Virus record (IMG/VR): IMGVR_UViG_3300017698_000036
Location: 64,001-128,000 of that record
DNA: 64,000 nucleotides
From: a virus
Strand: one strand, 5' to 3'
Shown: positions 49,029-57,788 of the stretch, piece by piece
Numbering within the stretch: position 1 is the first letter of the stretch
Layout: each line of letters opens with the position of its first letter
Translations under genes and position numbers: made by a program
The notes under the pieces: generated by a model
Database searches by the model: none
Told to the model about the DNA's origin: nothing
Seen by the model: the letters and a program-made list of their open reading frames with translations, nothing else

Positions 49029-49050
49029 GGTGGCCTTCGGGCCACCATTT
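49029..49050 (+). terminator. intrinsic terminator
   Basis: GGTGGCC-TTCG-GGCCACC followed by ATTTT. Confidence 0.8.
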
Positions 49051-49075
49051 TATATAATATATAGGAGTTAGAAGT

Positions 49076-50662
49076 ATGTTATTAAAAAGTTATGATGATA
49101 GAAAGAAAGTACTTGACATTTTCAAAGGACTGTATGATCATGTGAGCTCTAGTTTAGGGCCTTTAGGGCATACTAGTTTTATTAGAAAAGAGAACGGTAA
49201 TCATATAATCACTAAAGATGGTGTGACAATCTGTAAACACTATAAGGGAGATGATGATTTCTCCAACTTATTGATCGATATCATAAAAGAAGTTTCCCAA
49301 CGAACCGACTATGGTGTGGGTGATGGAACAACCAGTACCATCGTATTCGCCTATCACCTATTCGAGGAACTTCTTAGACTGTCTAACAGTGGTTATAGGT
49401 ATGTTGACCTGATTGAGGGTGTTGATGAGGCGGTGACCAGAGTGTTGACTGAATTGTCTAAGTACAGGAAAGATGTTACCACTACAGAAGAGTTGGGTAA
49501 TATCGCTTTTGTATCTTCCAACAATGATAGAGAAGTGGCCGATATTATTCAAAAAGCCATTGAGGAGGTTGGTAACGACGGCACCATTATCACTACGAGA
49601 AACAGAAGATATAACAAAACCGTGTTAGATATCAGAGAAGGTTTCACGTTCGATGGAGGTTATATTAGTGAGATGTTTGTTACTAATCCGGATTCCAAGT
49701 CTACTGAATATCATGAGCCTCATGTAATTGTAACAGATTACGCCATACATACCGTCAAACAGATATGGCCACTATTACAGTTGTTAAGTGCAGATAGAAG
49801 ACCTGCAGTACTCATCGCAGATACCATTGAAGAAGAGGCTTTGGGTTCTTTGATTAAAAATGCCACAGAGGGGGCTATTAGGGTGTGTGGTATCAATGCT
49901 CCATACTATGGAGATGAAAGAAAGGCCTTCTATGAGGATGTGTGTGATATTACTGGTGCAACATTCATATCCAAGCACAGTGGTAAAATGTTGGAAGATA
50001 TCTCCCTTTCGGATTTTGGAAAGTGTGGTAAGCTTGACTCACGAAAAAAGATAACCACTCTAATCAACGGCGCGGGTGATATGGCCAAGATTAGGTCTAA
50101 AGTACAGAGTTTAAAAGATGAAATGTTGAATATCGATATTACGGAAGAAGAGATGGAAGATCTTACCGATCGCGTTAATCGATTAGCGTCAGGTGTGGCA
50201 GAGATTCAAATAGGTGGTTATACCGAAGCTGAGATTAAAGAGAAGAAGTATCGGTTTGACGATGCTCTATCTGCGGTTCAAGCCAGTTACAAGTCCGGTA
50301 CTGTAGTTGGTGGTGGTATTACATACATAAATATCTCGAAGGATTTAGAGGGACGTATTGATCCCAACTACAGAGAGGGAGTTAAAATGGGTTATAAGGC
50401 CGTAATCAAGGCCCTCTACTCTCCATTTGATAGATTATTGGAGAGTTCTAATAGACAGGGAGAAAGACCTCTTATCTTAGGAAAAATAGAGAGACATCAT
50501 ACAGAATTTGGTAATGAGTATGGATACAATATTCGTACCGATGAATACTGTAATCTAAGAGACAGCGGTATTATTGAACCCTCCTTAATTCTGAAAAATG
50601 TAGTACGAAATTCTTCCAGTATTGTGAAATTACTGTTAAATAGTACATCCATTATTTTATAA
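49076..50662 (+). CDS. groEL: phage chaperonin (GroEL-like)
   Basis: SLGPLG, ITKDGVTI, VGDGTT, G.TFDGGYIS.MF, R..RL..GVA.I.IGG.TE.E.KEKK.R.DDAL.A, G.V.GGG. No GGM tail. Confidence 0.93.
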   Translation: MLLKSYDDRKKVLDIFKGLYDHVSSSLGPLGHTSFIRKENGNHIITKDGVTICKHYKGDDDFSNLLIDIIKEVSQRTDYGVGDGTTSTIVFAYHLFEELLRLSNSGYRYVDLIEGVDEAVTRVLTELSKYRKDVTTTEELGNIAFVSSNNDREVADIIQKAIEEVGNDGTIITTRNRRYNKTVLDIREGFTFDGGYISEMFVTNPDSKSTEYHEPHVIVTDYAIHTVKQIWPLLQLLSADRRPAVLIADTIEEEALGSLIKNATEGAIRVCGINAPYYGDERKAFYEDVCDITGATFISKHSGKMLEDISLSDFGKCGKLDSRKKITTLINGAGDMAKIRSKVQSLKDEMLNIDITEEEMEDLTDRVNRLASGVAEIQIGGYTEAEIKEKKYRFDDALSAVQASYKSGTVVGGGITYINISKDLEGRIDPNYREGVKMGYKAVIKALYSPFDRLLESSNRQGERPLILGKIERHHTEFGNEYGYNIRTDEYCNLRDSGIIEPSLILKNVVRNSSSIVKLLLNSTSIIL

Positions 50663-50718
50663 AATTAATAATTAAAGATTGTAATACTTACTTATATTAA
50701 TATAAGGAACCACAATCT

Positions 50719-51261
50719 ATGCGAAAACCTAGAACAGTACACGTACAGAAGACGTTAGACAAGATAAAGAGAGACAATATAAGTGCACATGCTGACATAG
50801 AGTATGGCCTTTTACTAGAACAGTTATCAATCTTGATAGATATTTCAGACAGACATGAGGACGAGGTCAGTAGTTTAAACGAGATTATTGGTGAGTTGGA
50901 GACCTCCAGACGTTTACTGGAAGAGAAATTCGGTCAACATCTGGAAACTTCCACCTCTACCAATTCTAAGATTGATGAAATACACGATAGGTTAATGAAT
51001 CCGGACAATGGTCTGGTGGTAGAACATCGTGATGTAAAACGAAGATTGGGTGAGCTTGAGGAACATAATCAGGACGTCAATCAAAATGAAAAAGAAAAAA
51101 TACAAGAAACCAAACTGGAGGTTCAAGAAGAGGCTAAGATCAAGAGAGAGAAAAGGTGGAATATTATATATATAGTCACCATGTCTTTGATGGTACTAGG
51201 AGTGTTCGGTAAACAGGTTGCCATTCCTATCATAAAGGCTCTTATTGCCGTCCTTCTATAA
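50719..51261 (+). CDS. coiled-coil protein with C-terminal membrane anchor
   Basis: Heptad-rich body; C-terminal IIYIVTMSLMVLGVFG...IALL. Confidence 0.5.
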   Translation: MRKPRTVHVQKTLDKIKRDNISAHADIEYGLLLEQLSILIDISDRHEDEVSSLNEIIGELETSRRLLEEKFGQHLETSTSTNSKIDEIHDRLMNPDNGLVVEHRDVKRRLGELEEHNQDVNQNEKEKIQETKLEVQEEAKIKREKRWNIIYIVTMSLMVLGVFGKQVAIPIIKALIAVLL

Positions 51262-51273
51262 AATAGGTGTTAA

Positions 51274-51633
51274 ATGAAAGAAAAAACGTTATATAAAGTG
51301 GGGTATATGCTAGAGGAGGATGAGGTAGAGGAACATTTCTCTAACCTAATACTGTCTCAGTTAGGAAGAGTATTAAACATGGTTGATGAGTCTATGATGG
51401 GGTCGTTAAATCTCGCAGCGACAAAGCTGGACACTCCGGAAGGTATCAGACATTTTAACCAAGAGGTAACCAATTGTCTAAATCAAGTTTCTGTGTATAT
51501 AGCTCAGTTGGAGGACAATGTGGAAGGTTTAAATGAGTATGCACACTATCTGGAATCCAAGGATCAGTTCGGTGTATCTCCCCAACCCGGTCTTATCACA
51601 GAGACCCTGGAAAATGACGACGATCCTCAATAA
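51274..51633 (+). CDS. hypothetical protein
   Basis: 119-aa ORF. Confidence 0.5.
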   Translation: MKEKTLYKVGYMLEEDEVEEHFSNLILSQLGRVLNMVDESMMGSLNLAATKLDTPEGIRHFNQEVTNCLNQVSVYIAQLEDNVEGLNEYAHYLESKDQFGVSPQPGLITETLENDDDPQ

Positions 51634-51654
51634 CAAAAAAATATATTTCATCTC

Positions 51655-51682
51655 TTGACATTCTTAAAATAGTACCTATAAT
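51655..51682 (+). promoter_or_regulatory. sigma70-type promoter upstream of Hsp20-like gene
   Basis: TTGACA-N16-TATAAT. Confidence 0.6.
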
Positions 51683-51724
51683 AATAAGTGTGATAATTTA
51701 ATATTGACTTTTTAATTCGATACA

Positions 51725-52372
51725 ATGAAGGAGTTTATTATGAAGGATATAAAATTTGATGGAAAATTGGAAGATACTTTATTTTATTTTAACGTAAGAG
51801 CTAGTGCAGGTTCCAGCCTTACGTGGGTACCTTTGACTGAAATAATGAAAAACAGACTTGACGTCAATAGTGCAACTGTTGTCCGCGGATACTTGAGCTA
51901 TCGCAACATCGAGGGCTTGGATGCATATTTGAAGCTTCATGGATGGAAACGTAGACCAGAACCTCAACAGACCAATAAGGGTGTTAGTACAGACTGTGGT
52001 GAATGTCTTGCAATGACCGATGAGGATTGTGTGTGTCCTCCATCACCAGGACCCGTAGAAGACAAACAGAAGGAGGGTGTTTTACGGTTCGATACTGTGA
52101 TTGTTGGAGGTCACAAGGAAGACATCCATGTTGCAATTAAGGGCAATACACTGTCTATTACTTACGACGGACCCAGAGAGTCTTTTTATCGTGATTTAAG
52201 TTTAATAAAACGACAAAGTATAACCCCGATGGGAGTCTCCTTTCTGAAAATTAATACCCAAGAAGTAGAACTCGACGTCGAGAATATTGTATGTAAGTAC
52301 GATGTTGGTATTTTGACAGTTAGTATTCCTTGGACAGAGAAAGACAACACCATCAATATACCCGTGACGTAA
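51725..52372 (+). CDS. Hsp20/alpha-crystallin domain protein with long N-terminus
   Basis: VIVGGHKEDIHVAIKGNTLSI.....F.R...L......D.ENI.CKYD.GILTVSIP. Confidence 0.7.
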   Translation: MKEFIMKDIKFDGKLEDTLFYFNVRASAGSSLTWVPLTEIMKNRLDVNSATVVRGYLSYRNIEGLDAYLKLHGWKRRPEPQQTNKGVSTDCGECLAMTDEDCVCPPSPGPVEDKQKEGVLRFDTVIVGGHKEDIHVAIKGNTLSITYDGPRESFYRDLSLIKRQSITPMGVSFLKINTQEVELDVENIVCKYDVGILTVSIPWTEKDNTINIPVT

Positions 52373-52388
52373 TAAATCTAATTCAAAT

Positions 52389-52430
52389 AACTACCTCCTA
52401 TACGGATAATTAATACCATAGGAGGTAGTT
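52389..52430 (+). promoter_or_regulatory. 13-bp perfect hairpin that sequesters the SD of ORF 52434
   Basis: AACTACCTCCTAT (52389-401) pairs with ATAGGAGGTAGTT (52418-30). The loop contains GGATAATTAA; the ATG is at 52434. Confidence 0.8.
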
Positions 52431-52433
52431 AGA

Positions 52434-53084
52434 ATGAACGTCTATAACACCGATTTAAAATTAAGTAGAACAAAAATAGTAACATGGTATAGGAAGATGG
52501 GGGACAGGTTTTCTGTAAAGTATATACAGAAGAAACGTTCATTCCTCATGATCATAATTTCATTCTTCTTAGGGATAGGACATCTATTTAGTAAGGGGAT
52601 ATGTAGTCGTAAAGAGTTTATGGATGACTTTACGACTACATTGTATGGTAGGATTTATATTGATTACGAGATAGGCAATTCCAAACAGATGTCCTATCGT
52701 AGCAATATACCACATATTATGCACGAGATTCAACATACCCGACAATTCAGGAAAAACCCCATCATGATGCCGTTGAGGTACCTATTTTCTAAAAGTTGGA
52801 GAGCGAGGTACGAGGCTGAATGTTGGATGACCCATTTGGAGTATTCATATAAGTATGAGTTGAATGGAACAAAAGACTCTAAAATCGTTCATTTATCTAG
52901 ATATATCAGAGATTGTAGTGATAAACTTATAGACTATTATGGAGTTGATAGGTTGAATGCTTTAAAGGTGTATGATGTAATGATGAATAAACTGTCATAT
53001 ATATCCAAAGATCCAGACAGTCACAAGAATGAGATCGTAGAGTATTCATATTCTGTTCTGAAAGAGTTAGAGGCTATCTCCTAA
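52434..53084 (+). CDS. HExxH zinc-metallopeptidase-like protein with N-terminal hydrophobic segment
   Basis: TTTLYGRIY, IMHEIQHTRQF, RARYEAE. Confidence 0.6.
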   Translation: MNVYNTDLKLSRTKIVTWYRKMGDRFSVKYIQKKRSFLMIIISFFLGIGHLFSKGICSRKEFMDDFTTTLYGRIYIDYEIGNSKQMSYRSNIPHIMHEIQHTRQFRKNPIMMPLRYLFSKSWRARYEAECWMTHLEYSYKYELNGTKDSKIVHLSRYIRDCSDKLIDYYGVDRLNALKVYDVMMNKLSYISKDPDSHKNEIVEYSYSVLKELEAIS

Positions 53085-53108
53085 CAAGTAGTCTCAAGGT
53101 AGAATTAA

Positions 53109-54218
53109 ATGTCAAAAAGGAAGTCTTCATATGGGGTCAAACAGTGTGCTTATTGTGGTAGTCGTAAGCATTATACCCAACATTGTCCACTGATTAAACA
53201 GGATAAGAAACAAATTCTAGAACAAAATAGGATATATCGTAGGACACTCATAGAGACGATAGAGAAGGTCTGTCTGTTTCCGGCGTCGACGATAAGGACC
53301 TCCTCGAAACCCTTCCCTCACATTGGCTTTGAGAGTAATTTTCACTACGACACTCTGTGGATGGTTAAGGATTTAAAACTTCACAATGAGTATATTCAGT
53401 ATATCGATATCGAGGACTATAAACTAGCTAAGACTCGACACTACAAGCGTTTAAAAAAGAAGAGAGGGCGTAACTTTGAGTTCATGTACGTTGGATCCTC
53501 CAGTAATGTTAACTCCTGCGGTACAGTCAAGTTATTCACTCCCCACTCTTCAGTTGAAACAGTACCGTTTTCACTGACTCCGTCCCTGGTTAGTGATCAC
53601 CAAATTGATGGTTATAACTTTATATCCTATGCACAAGACGGAAAGAATATTGATACCATAGACGGGCTGGACTTAAACGACTTCTTGTATACCCTACCAA
53701 TAAGTTCGACGGTAAGAGGGGACAGTATAAGTCTACATGATAGTGTCCAAACGATAGAACGTACTCTGTCCAGATTAAAAAAGGCCAGTGTGAGTCCGGA
53801 TCGAGAAACTTTTCAGATACAATTCATGTTACTAGACTCTTTTAGAGACATGTATAAGAAGATATACGGTCCGTCGGTATATCAGTATATGGTTTATAGT
53901 GTATTTACTATGATGTTTATAATGATGAATGATTATAAACCCTATTCCAATGCGATCCGTACGGTAGAAAGAGAGTTTCATCACGACTACCTTAAGCATG
54001 TTTCTAAGAGTAAAACTCATATCGATTCTGTCCTACCATTTAGTGTTAAAATTAACTCTTACGAGAATGATCAAGGGAGAACTATAGATTCGATCAATTA
54101 TCCAAATTTGGGTACCGTATCGATCGATGAGTGGGTTAATCTTACCAAATACGATGAAGATATGATATGGAAAAACTTTCTATCTGGTTTTAATACTCAT
54201 GTTAAAAACTCAAAATAA
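53109..54218 (+). CDS. hypothetical protein with CCHC zinc knuckle
   Basis: CAYCGSRKHYTQHC (Cx2Cx4Hx4C). Confidence 0.55.
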   Translation: MSKRKSSYGVKQCAYCGSRKHYTQHCPLIKQDKKQILEQNRIYRRTLIETIEKVCLFPASTIRTSSKPFPHIGFESNFHYDTLWMVKDLKLHNEYIQYIDIEDYKLAKTRHYKRLKKKRGRNFEFMYVGSSSNVNSCGTVKLFTPHSSVETVPFSLTPSLVSDHQIDGYNFISYAQDGKNIDTIDGLDLNDFLYTLPISSTVRGDSISLHDSVQTIERTLSRLKKASVSPDRETFQIQFMLLDSFRDMYKKIYGPSVYQYMVYSVFTMMFIMMNDYKPYSNAIRTVEREFHHDYLKHVSKSKTHIDSVLPFSVKINSYENDQGRTIDSINYPNLGTVSIDEWVNLTKYDEDMIWKNFLSGFNTHVKNSK

Positions 54219-54262
54219 CACATCTTTAAACTAAAAAATAATAAAAAAAGTTAATAAGGGGG

Positions 54263-54290
54263 TTGACATATCGATATGATGGGGTATAAT
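54263..54290 (+). promoter_or_regulatory. sigma70-type promoter upstream of LRR copies 4-5
   Basis: TTGACA-N16-TATAAT, GGGG before -10. Confidence 0.75.
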
Positions 54291-54339
54291 TGTGGTAGAG
54301 GGTAAGGTTTATTATTCTCATAAAACTTAATGAAAGGAT

Positions 54340-54879
54340 ATGAAGATGAACAAGCTTGACGGTTTAAGGGTATCACTCATGGATGTATGTGAAAATCTTT
54401 ATGGTACCATGGTTTTTGATCACGGCATTATTATATACGAAGGTTCCCTGTCCTTACGCAATTCCGACATAACACATCTTCCAGACAACTTTTATGTAAA
54501 CGGAGGCCTGAACATAGGTGGGTCTAAGATGACACAGTTACCAGGAAATTTAACTGTCCACGATCATTTCAATTTGTCCCACACCAATATTACAGAACTC
54601 CCAGATGATTTAAAGGTTGGTAAGTGGTTGAATGTTCGTGGTTCTAAGGTGACTAAAATTCCGGACAATATGACTGTAAATGGTACCTTTATTGCGGCCG
54701 CCACACCGTTAGAGCTCTTACCAGGTGGTCTACATGTACGTGAGGGTTTGGATTTGTCAAACACCAATATTACAAAATTACCCGATGATCTAATTGTGGA
54801 TGGTTGGTTAGATATTAGAAACACCAATATAACCAACATTCCTGAAACCGTGAAGATTGGTGGAGAGATATTTAGATGA
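54340..54879 (+). CDS. 20-aa LRR family protein, copy 4 (different N-terminus, about 7 repeats)
   Basis: ITHLPDNFYVNGGLN repeats; ends IGGEIFR with an ATGA overlap. Confidence 0.8.
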   Translation: MKMNKLDGLRVSLMDVCENLYGTMVFDHGIIIYEGSLSLRNSDITHLPDNFYVNGGLNIGGSKMTQLPGNLTVHDHFNLSHTNITELPDDLKVGKWLNVRGSKVTKIPDNMTVNGTFIAAATPLELLPGGLHVREGLDLSNTNITKLPDDLIVDGWLDIRNTNITNIPETVKIGGEIFR

Positions 54880-55286
54880 TCACAACAACCAGGCATATAT
54901 TCGACGAACCCAAAGTCTATCCGTGGGACATACTTGAATGGGTTAAGGAGGGACAGAGATGCTATGATGGACCAGTTGATCTGTCTCTTGAACATGTAAC
55001 CCACCTTCCGTATGGTATGGAGGTAAATGGTGCGTTGGATTTAGAGAACTCACATTTAACCGTTCTCCCTAGCGGTTTACGTGTTGAAGATTGGTTAGAT
55101 CTCAGTGGTACCAACATAACTCATTTACCTGATGATCTATATGTTGGTGGTAGTTTGTATCTCGGTGGTACAAATATAACTCATTTACCCGACAATCTAG
55201 AGGTTGGAGGTAGTTTAGATATAAGAAACACCAACATTGTTGACATTCCAGATACTGTAAAGGTGCTCAGGAGGATAATAAGATGA
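54876..55286 (+). CDS. 20-aa LRR family protein, copy 5
   Basis: MITTTRHIFDEPKVYPWD; ends RRIIR followed by ATGA. Confidence 0.8.
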   Translation: MITTTRHIFDEPKVYPWDILEWVKEGQRCYDGPVDLSLEHVTHLPYGMEVNGALDLENSHLTVLPSGLRVEDWLDLSGTNITHLPDDLYVGGSLYLGGTNITHLPDNLEVGGSLDIRNTNIVDIPDTVKVLRRIIR

Positions 55287-55319
55287 TTACAATTACCATA
55301 AAAATAATGGAGGTACTAG

Positions 55320-55550
55320 ATGAGTAAAAAATCAACATACACGTGTGATATATGTAAAAAGGAAGTGGATAATAATGATTACGATAAGGATAAATGGTGC
55401 TCGGCCTATGTGGTTGGAAACCTTAACAGTGCCAGAAACAAGTTCTCGACTGTGGATAGGCCGCTGGAGGATGTATGCGTCGACTGTATCGTTAGGATTC
55501 GCATGGCCATTGATAAGGAAATTGAATTATTAGAAAAGGGAGACGAATAA
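55320..55550 (+). CDS. small zinc-finger protein
   Basis: TCDIC...DVCVDC; SD GGAGG. Confidence 0.6.
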   Translation: MSKKSTYTCDICKKEVDNNDYDKDKWCSAYVVGNLNSARNKFSTVDRPLEDVCVDCIVRIRMAIDKEIELLEKGDE

Positions 55551-55930
55551 TGAGACCTCCAAAACCTACACGTGTGAGAGAATTGAGGGATTGGATATCG
55601 GAATATGCAACTAAAAAGGCCTTCCTTCATGACAAATTCCATGCATACTTCAGAGTGTTGATTGGATTTTGGGTGGTATGGTTTGAGTGGATTGTGAGAG
55701 TGTTTAAAGAGGGGGTTCCTCTTTATGGATTATTAATATGGATCCTAAGTCCCATAGCATACGTACTCTATATCCCTATTCATCCATTTTACATTCCTTT
55801 CAAGATGATATTTTTTAGACTTAAGGTTAGAAAGACTCTAAAGGTCCTGGACGAATTAATACTTGAGGGTCACGGAAAAGATGACGTACCGAAGTTTCTC
55901 GACGACAATATGAATAGGATAAAAGAATAA
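55550..55930 (+). CDS. membrane protein
   Basis: Two hydrophobic segments; TAATG overlap. Confidence 0.55.
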   Translation: MRPPKPTRVRELRDWISEYATKKAFLHDKFHAYFRVLIGFWVVWFEWIVRVFKEGVPLYGLLIWILSPIAYVLYIPIHPFYIPFKMIFFRLKVRKTLKVLDELILEGHGKDDVPKFLDDNMNRIKE

Positions 55931-55931
55931 C

Positions 55932-55960
55932 TTGACAAACGGGTCAATATCGGGTATAAT
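55932..55960 (+). promoter_or_regulatory. sigma70-type promoter upstream of LRR copies 6-7
   Basis: TTGACA-N17-TATAAT. Confidence 0.75.
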
Positions 55961-55982
55961 TTTAATAGAGAGGATTTATATT

Positions 55983-56339
55983 ATGTTAGTAACAACCGAA
56001 CATATATTTGACGAGTGTATACCTAGAATTTATCCATGGGATGTATTGGATTGGGTCGAGGAGCGCCAAACTAGGTACCATCGTAGTTTATTTCTCAGAG
56101 ATACTAACATAACTCATTTACCTGACAATATGACAGTTAATGGTTGTTTAAATCTCAGAGATACTAACATAACTCATTTACCTAATAATCTAAAAGTTAT
56201 TGGTGATTTATATCTAGACAGAACCAACATAACTAAATTACCCAACGATCTATATGTTGGTGGTAATTTAGATTTATATGGTATCAATATAACCAACATG
56301 CCTGAGAGTGTACGTGTTGGTGGAGAGATAATAAGATGA
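55983..56339 (+). CDS. 20-aa LRR family protein, copy 6
   Basis: ATG 55983 after GAGAGG; MLVTTEHIFDECIPRIYPWD; 31-nt direct repeat with 60-nt period (56093/56153); ends VGGEIIR with ATGA. Confidence 0.8.
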   Translation: MLVTTEHIFDECIPRIYPWDVLDWVEERQTRYHRSLFLRDTNITHLPDNMTVNGCLNLRDTNITHLPNNLKVIGDLYLDRTNITKLPNDLYVGGNLDLYGINITNMPESVRVGGEIIR

Positions 56340-56842
56340 ATTTATATGAGGCATTAGAAAAAGACTATCCTGGAAGATTTTACGAAGATCAAAAAGAGTT
56401 TGGTTGTAGTTTATATCCTCATAATAAAACAAACTTATTACCTGTTTCCATGACGGTGTTGGGTGACCTTAATTTAGAAAACACAAGGGTGGATAAACTG
56501 CCAGAGTTTCTGATTGTGAGTGGTACTTTGGATATTAGAGGTACCAAGATAAGAACCTTGTCCAATGTGATAAAGGTTGGTAGAGGTCTACAGGCTTCTC
56601 ACTCTAAATTGACGTCTTTACCAGACAACCTCCACGTTGCTTACTTAGACATTAGTAGCACCGACGTAGAGGAGTTACCTGTGGGGTTAGTAGTAGATGG
56701 TTATGTTGACGTAACAAATACACGTATCACAAGTATTCCGAATGATAGTTTGATCGGAGGTAGAATTTATTCAAAAAAACCTCTTGACAAACCAAAAAAA
56801 ATAGACTATAACTATAGTATGATTGGTTACAAAGTAATTTAA
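56336..56842 (+). CDS. 20-aa LRR family protein, copy 7 (divergent, different N-terminus)
   Basis: LP..MTVLGDLNLENT, LPEFLIVSGTLDIRGT, LPVGLVVDGYVDVTNT repeats. Confidence 0.7.
   Translation: MNLYEALEKDYPGRFYEDQKEFGCSLYPHNKTNLLPVSMTVLGDLNLENTRVDKLPEFLIVSGTLDIRGTKIRTLSNVIKVGRGLQASHSKLTSLPDNLHVAYLDISSTDVEELPVGLVVDGYVDVTNTRITSIPNDSLIGGRIYSKKPLDKPKKIDYNYSMIGYKVI
56784..56812 (+). promoter_or_regulatory. sigma70-type promoter embedded in the end of LRR copy 7
   Basis: TTGACA-N17-TATAAC. Confidence 0.6.
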
Positions 56843-56869
56843 TTTTAACAATTTCACAGAATGGAGTTA
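56835..56869 (+). repeat. 35-bp leader repeat, copy 1 (copy 2 at 57751-57785)
   Basis: TAATTTAATTTTAACAATTTCACAGAATGGAGTTA is identical in both copies, then 1 mismatch and GTATGA. Confidence 0.95.
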
Positions 56870-56872
56870 GGT

Positions 56873-57718
56873 ATGAAAACGTTTGAGGAGTTTAAACAAG
56901 ATGTTTTAAATCCATATCTCAAGGATAAGGGTATTGAGGTTGGTAATACTATTAGCACTACACTGTCTGTTAAGTTCGACAATGAGGCCGACTTTCGTCG
57001 TTTGGCCCTGAGTGATGAAGAGAAAAATATCCTTAGTCATTGTATAAAAATTAACTATTTTGTCAGAGATGTCGAAATAGATTCTGCCGAAAAGAAATAC
57101 AATAACGGTTTTGACGAAACTGTCGAGCTTGTTGAGTTAACCGGGTCGGTTCTTTATTGTCAAGAGGAAATGACCATTGGTCTAAGTTCAATCATTGTCG
57201 ATGAGCGTCTTTTTGATATATATGACAGACTGAATACTGATACCAATACTGCCTCAACCGATGCGGTGACTCTGTTGAATGGAGTTTTGAATACATTGGT
57301 GGAGTTATATAATTATAATATGGCTATCCCTTATCGTGATTCAAAAAGCTGTCTAGACCTAAGTTTTTCATCGATCGATAAAGTTTATAAGATTTCTCAT
57401 ATCGATGAAGAATACATTACAGACCTTATAGACAAGGATTCGGATTACAACACATTTAGATATAATTTAGACTATCTGGATATTCAACAATGGGCCCTCA
57501 AGCGTGGCATGGATGTGTTTAAATACCGTATCATTGACGAATCACCAAACACGTTCAAGTCAAGAATGTCCAAACGTAATAATGATATATTCGAACATAT
57601 TCAGATCGAGCACTATAAACCGTTGGTTCCTGGTCAAACCTACCCAAATGTGTATAGTGGTGAAGTTCGTCATGGTAAAAGGACACTGGGAATGAGTGTT
57701 GACTTGATCGTACAGTAG
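56873..57718 (+). CDS. hypothetical protein, paralog A
   Basis: Shares EKKY, LY.YN, FRYN.D..DIQQWA...G.DV.KY..ID, RNND.F....EH.KPL with ORF 57789. Start chosen by GGAG spacing. Confidence 0.7.
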   Translation: MKTFEEFKQDVLNPYLKDKGIEVGNTISTTLSVKFDNEADFRRLALSDEEKNILSHCIKINYFVRDVEIDSAEKKYNNGFDETVELVELTGSVLYCQEEMTIGLSSIIVDERLFDIYDRLNTDTNTASTDAVTLLNGVLNTLVELYNYNMAIPYRDSKSCLDLSFSSIDKVYKISHIDEEYITDLIDKDSDYNTFRYNLDYLDIQQWALKRGMDVFKYRIIDESPNTFKSRMSKRNNDIFEHIQIEHYKPLVPGQTYPNVYSGEVRHGKRTLGMSVDLIVQ

Positions 57719-57750
57719 AGCTTGTAATACAACTTATGTTGTGGTGTATA

Positions 57751-57785
57751 TAATTTAATTTTAACAATTTCACAGAATGGAGTTA
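57751..57785 (+). repeat. 35-bp leader repeat, copy 2
   Basis: Identical to 56835-56869. Confidence 0.95.
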
Positions 57786-57788
57786 AGT

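Noticed and set aside
57699-57754. sigma70 promoter in front of paralog B
   Set aside because: TTGACT and TTGTAA candidates do not have a good -10 at 16-18 nt spacing.
56835-57785. 35-bp repeat and promoter repeats as a CRISPR array
   Set aside because: Only two copies, about 900 bp apart (promoter copies are kb apart); no repeat-spacer periodicity and no cas genes.
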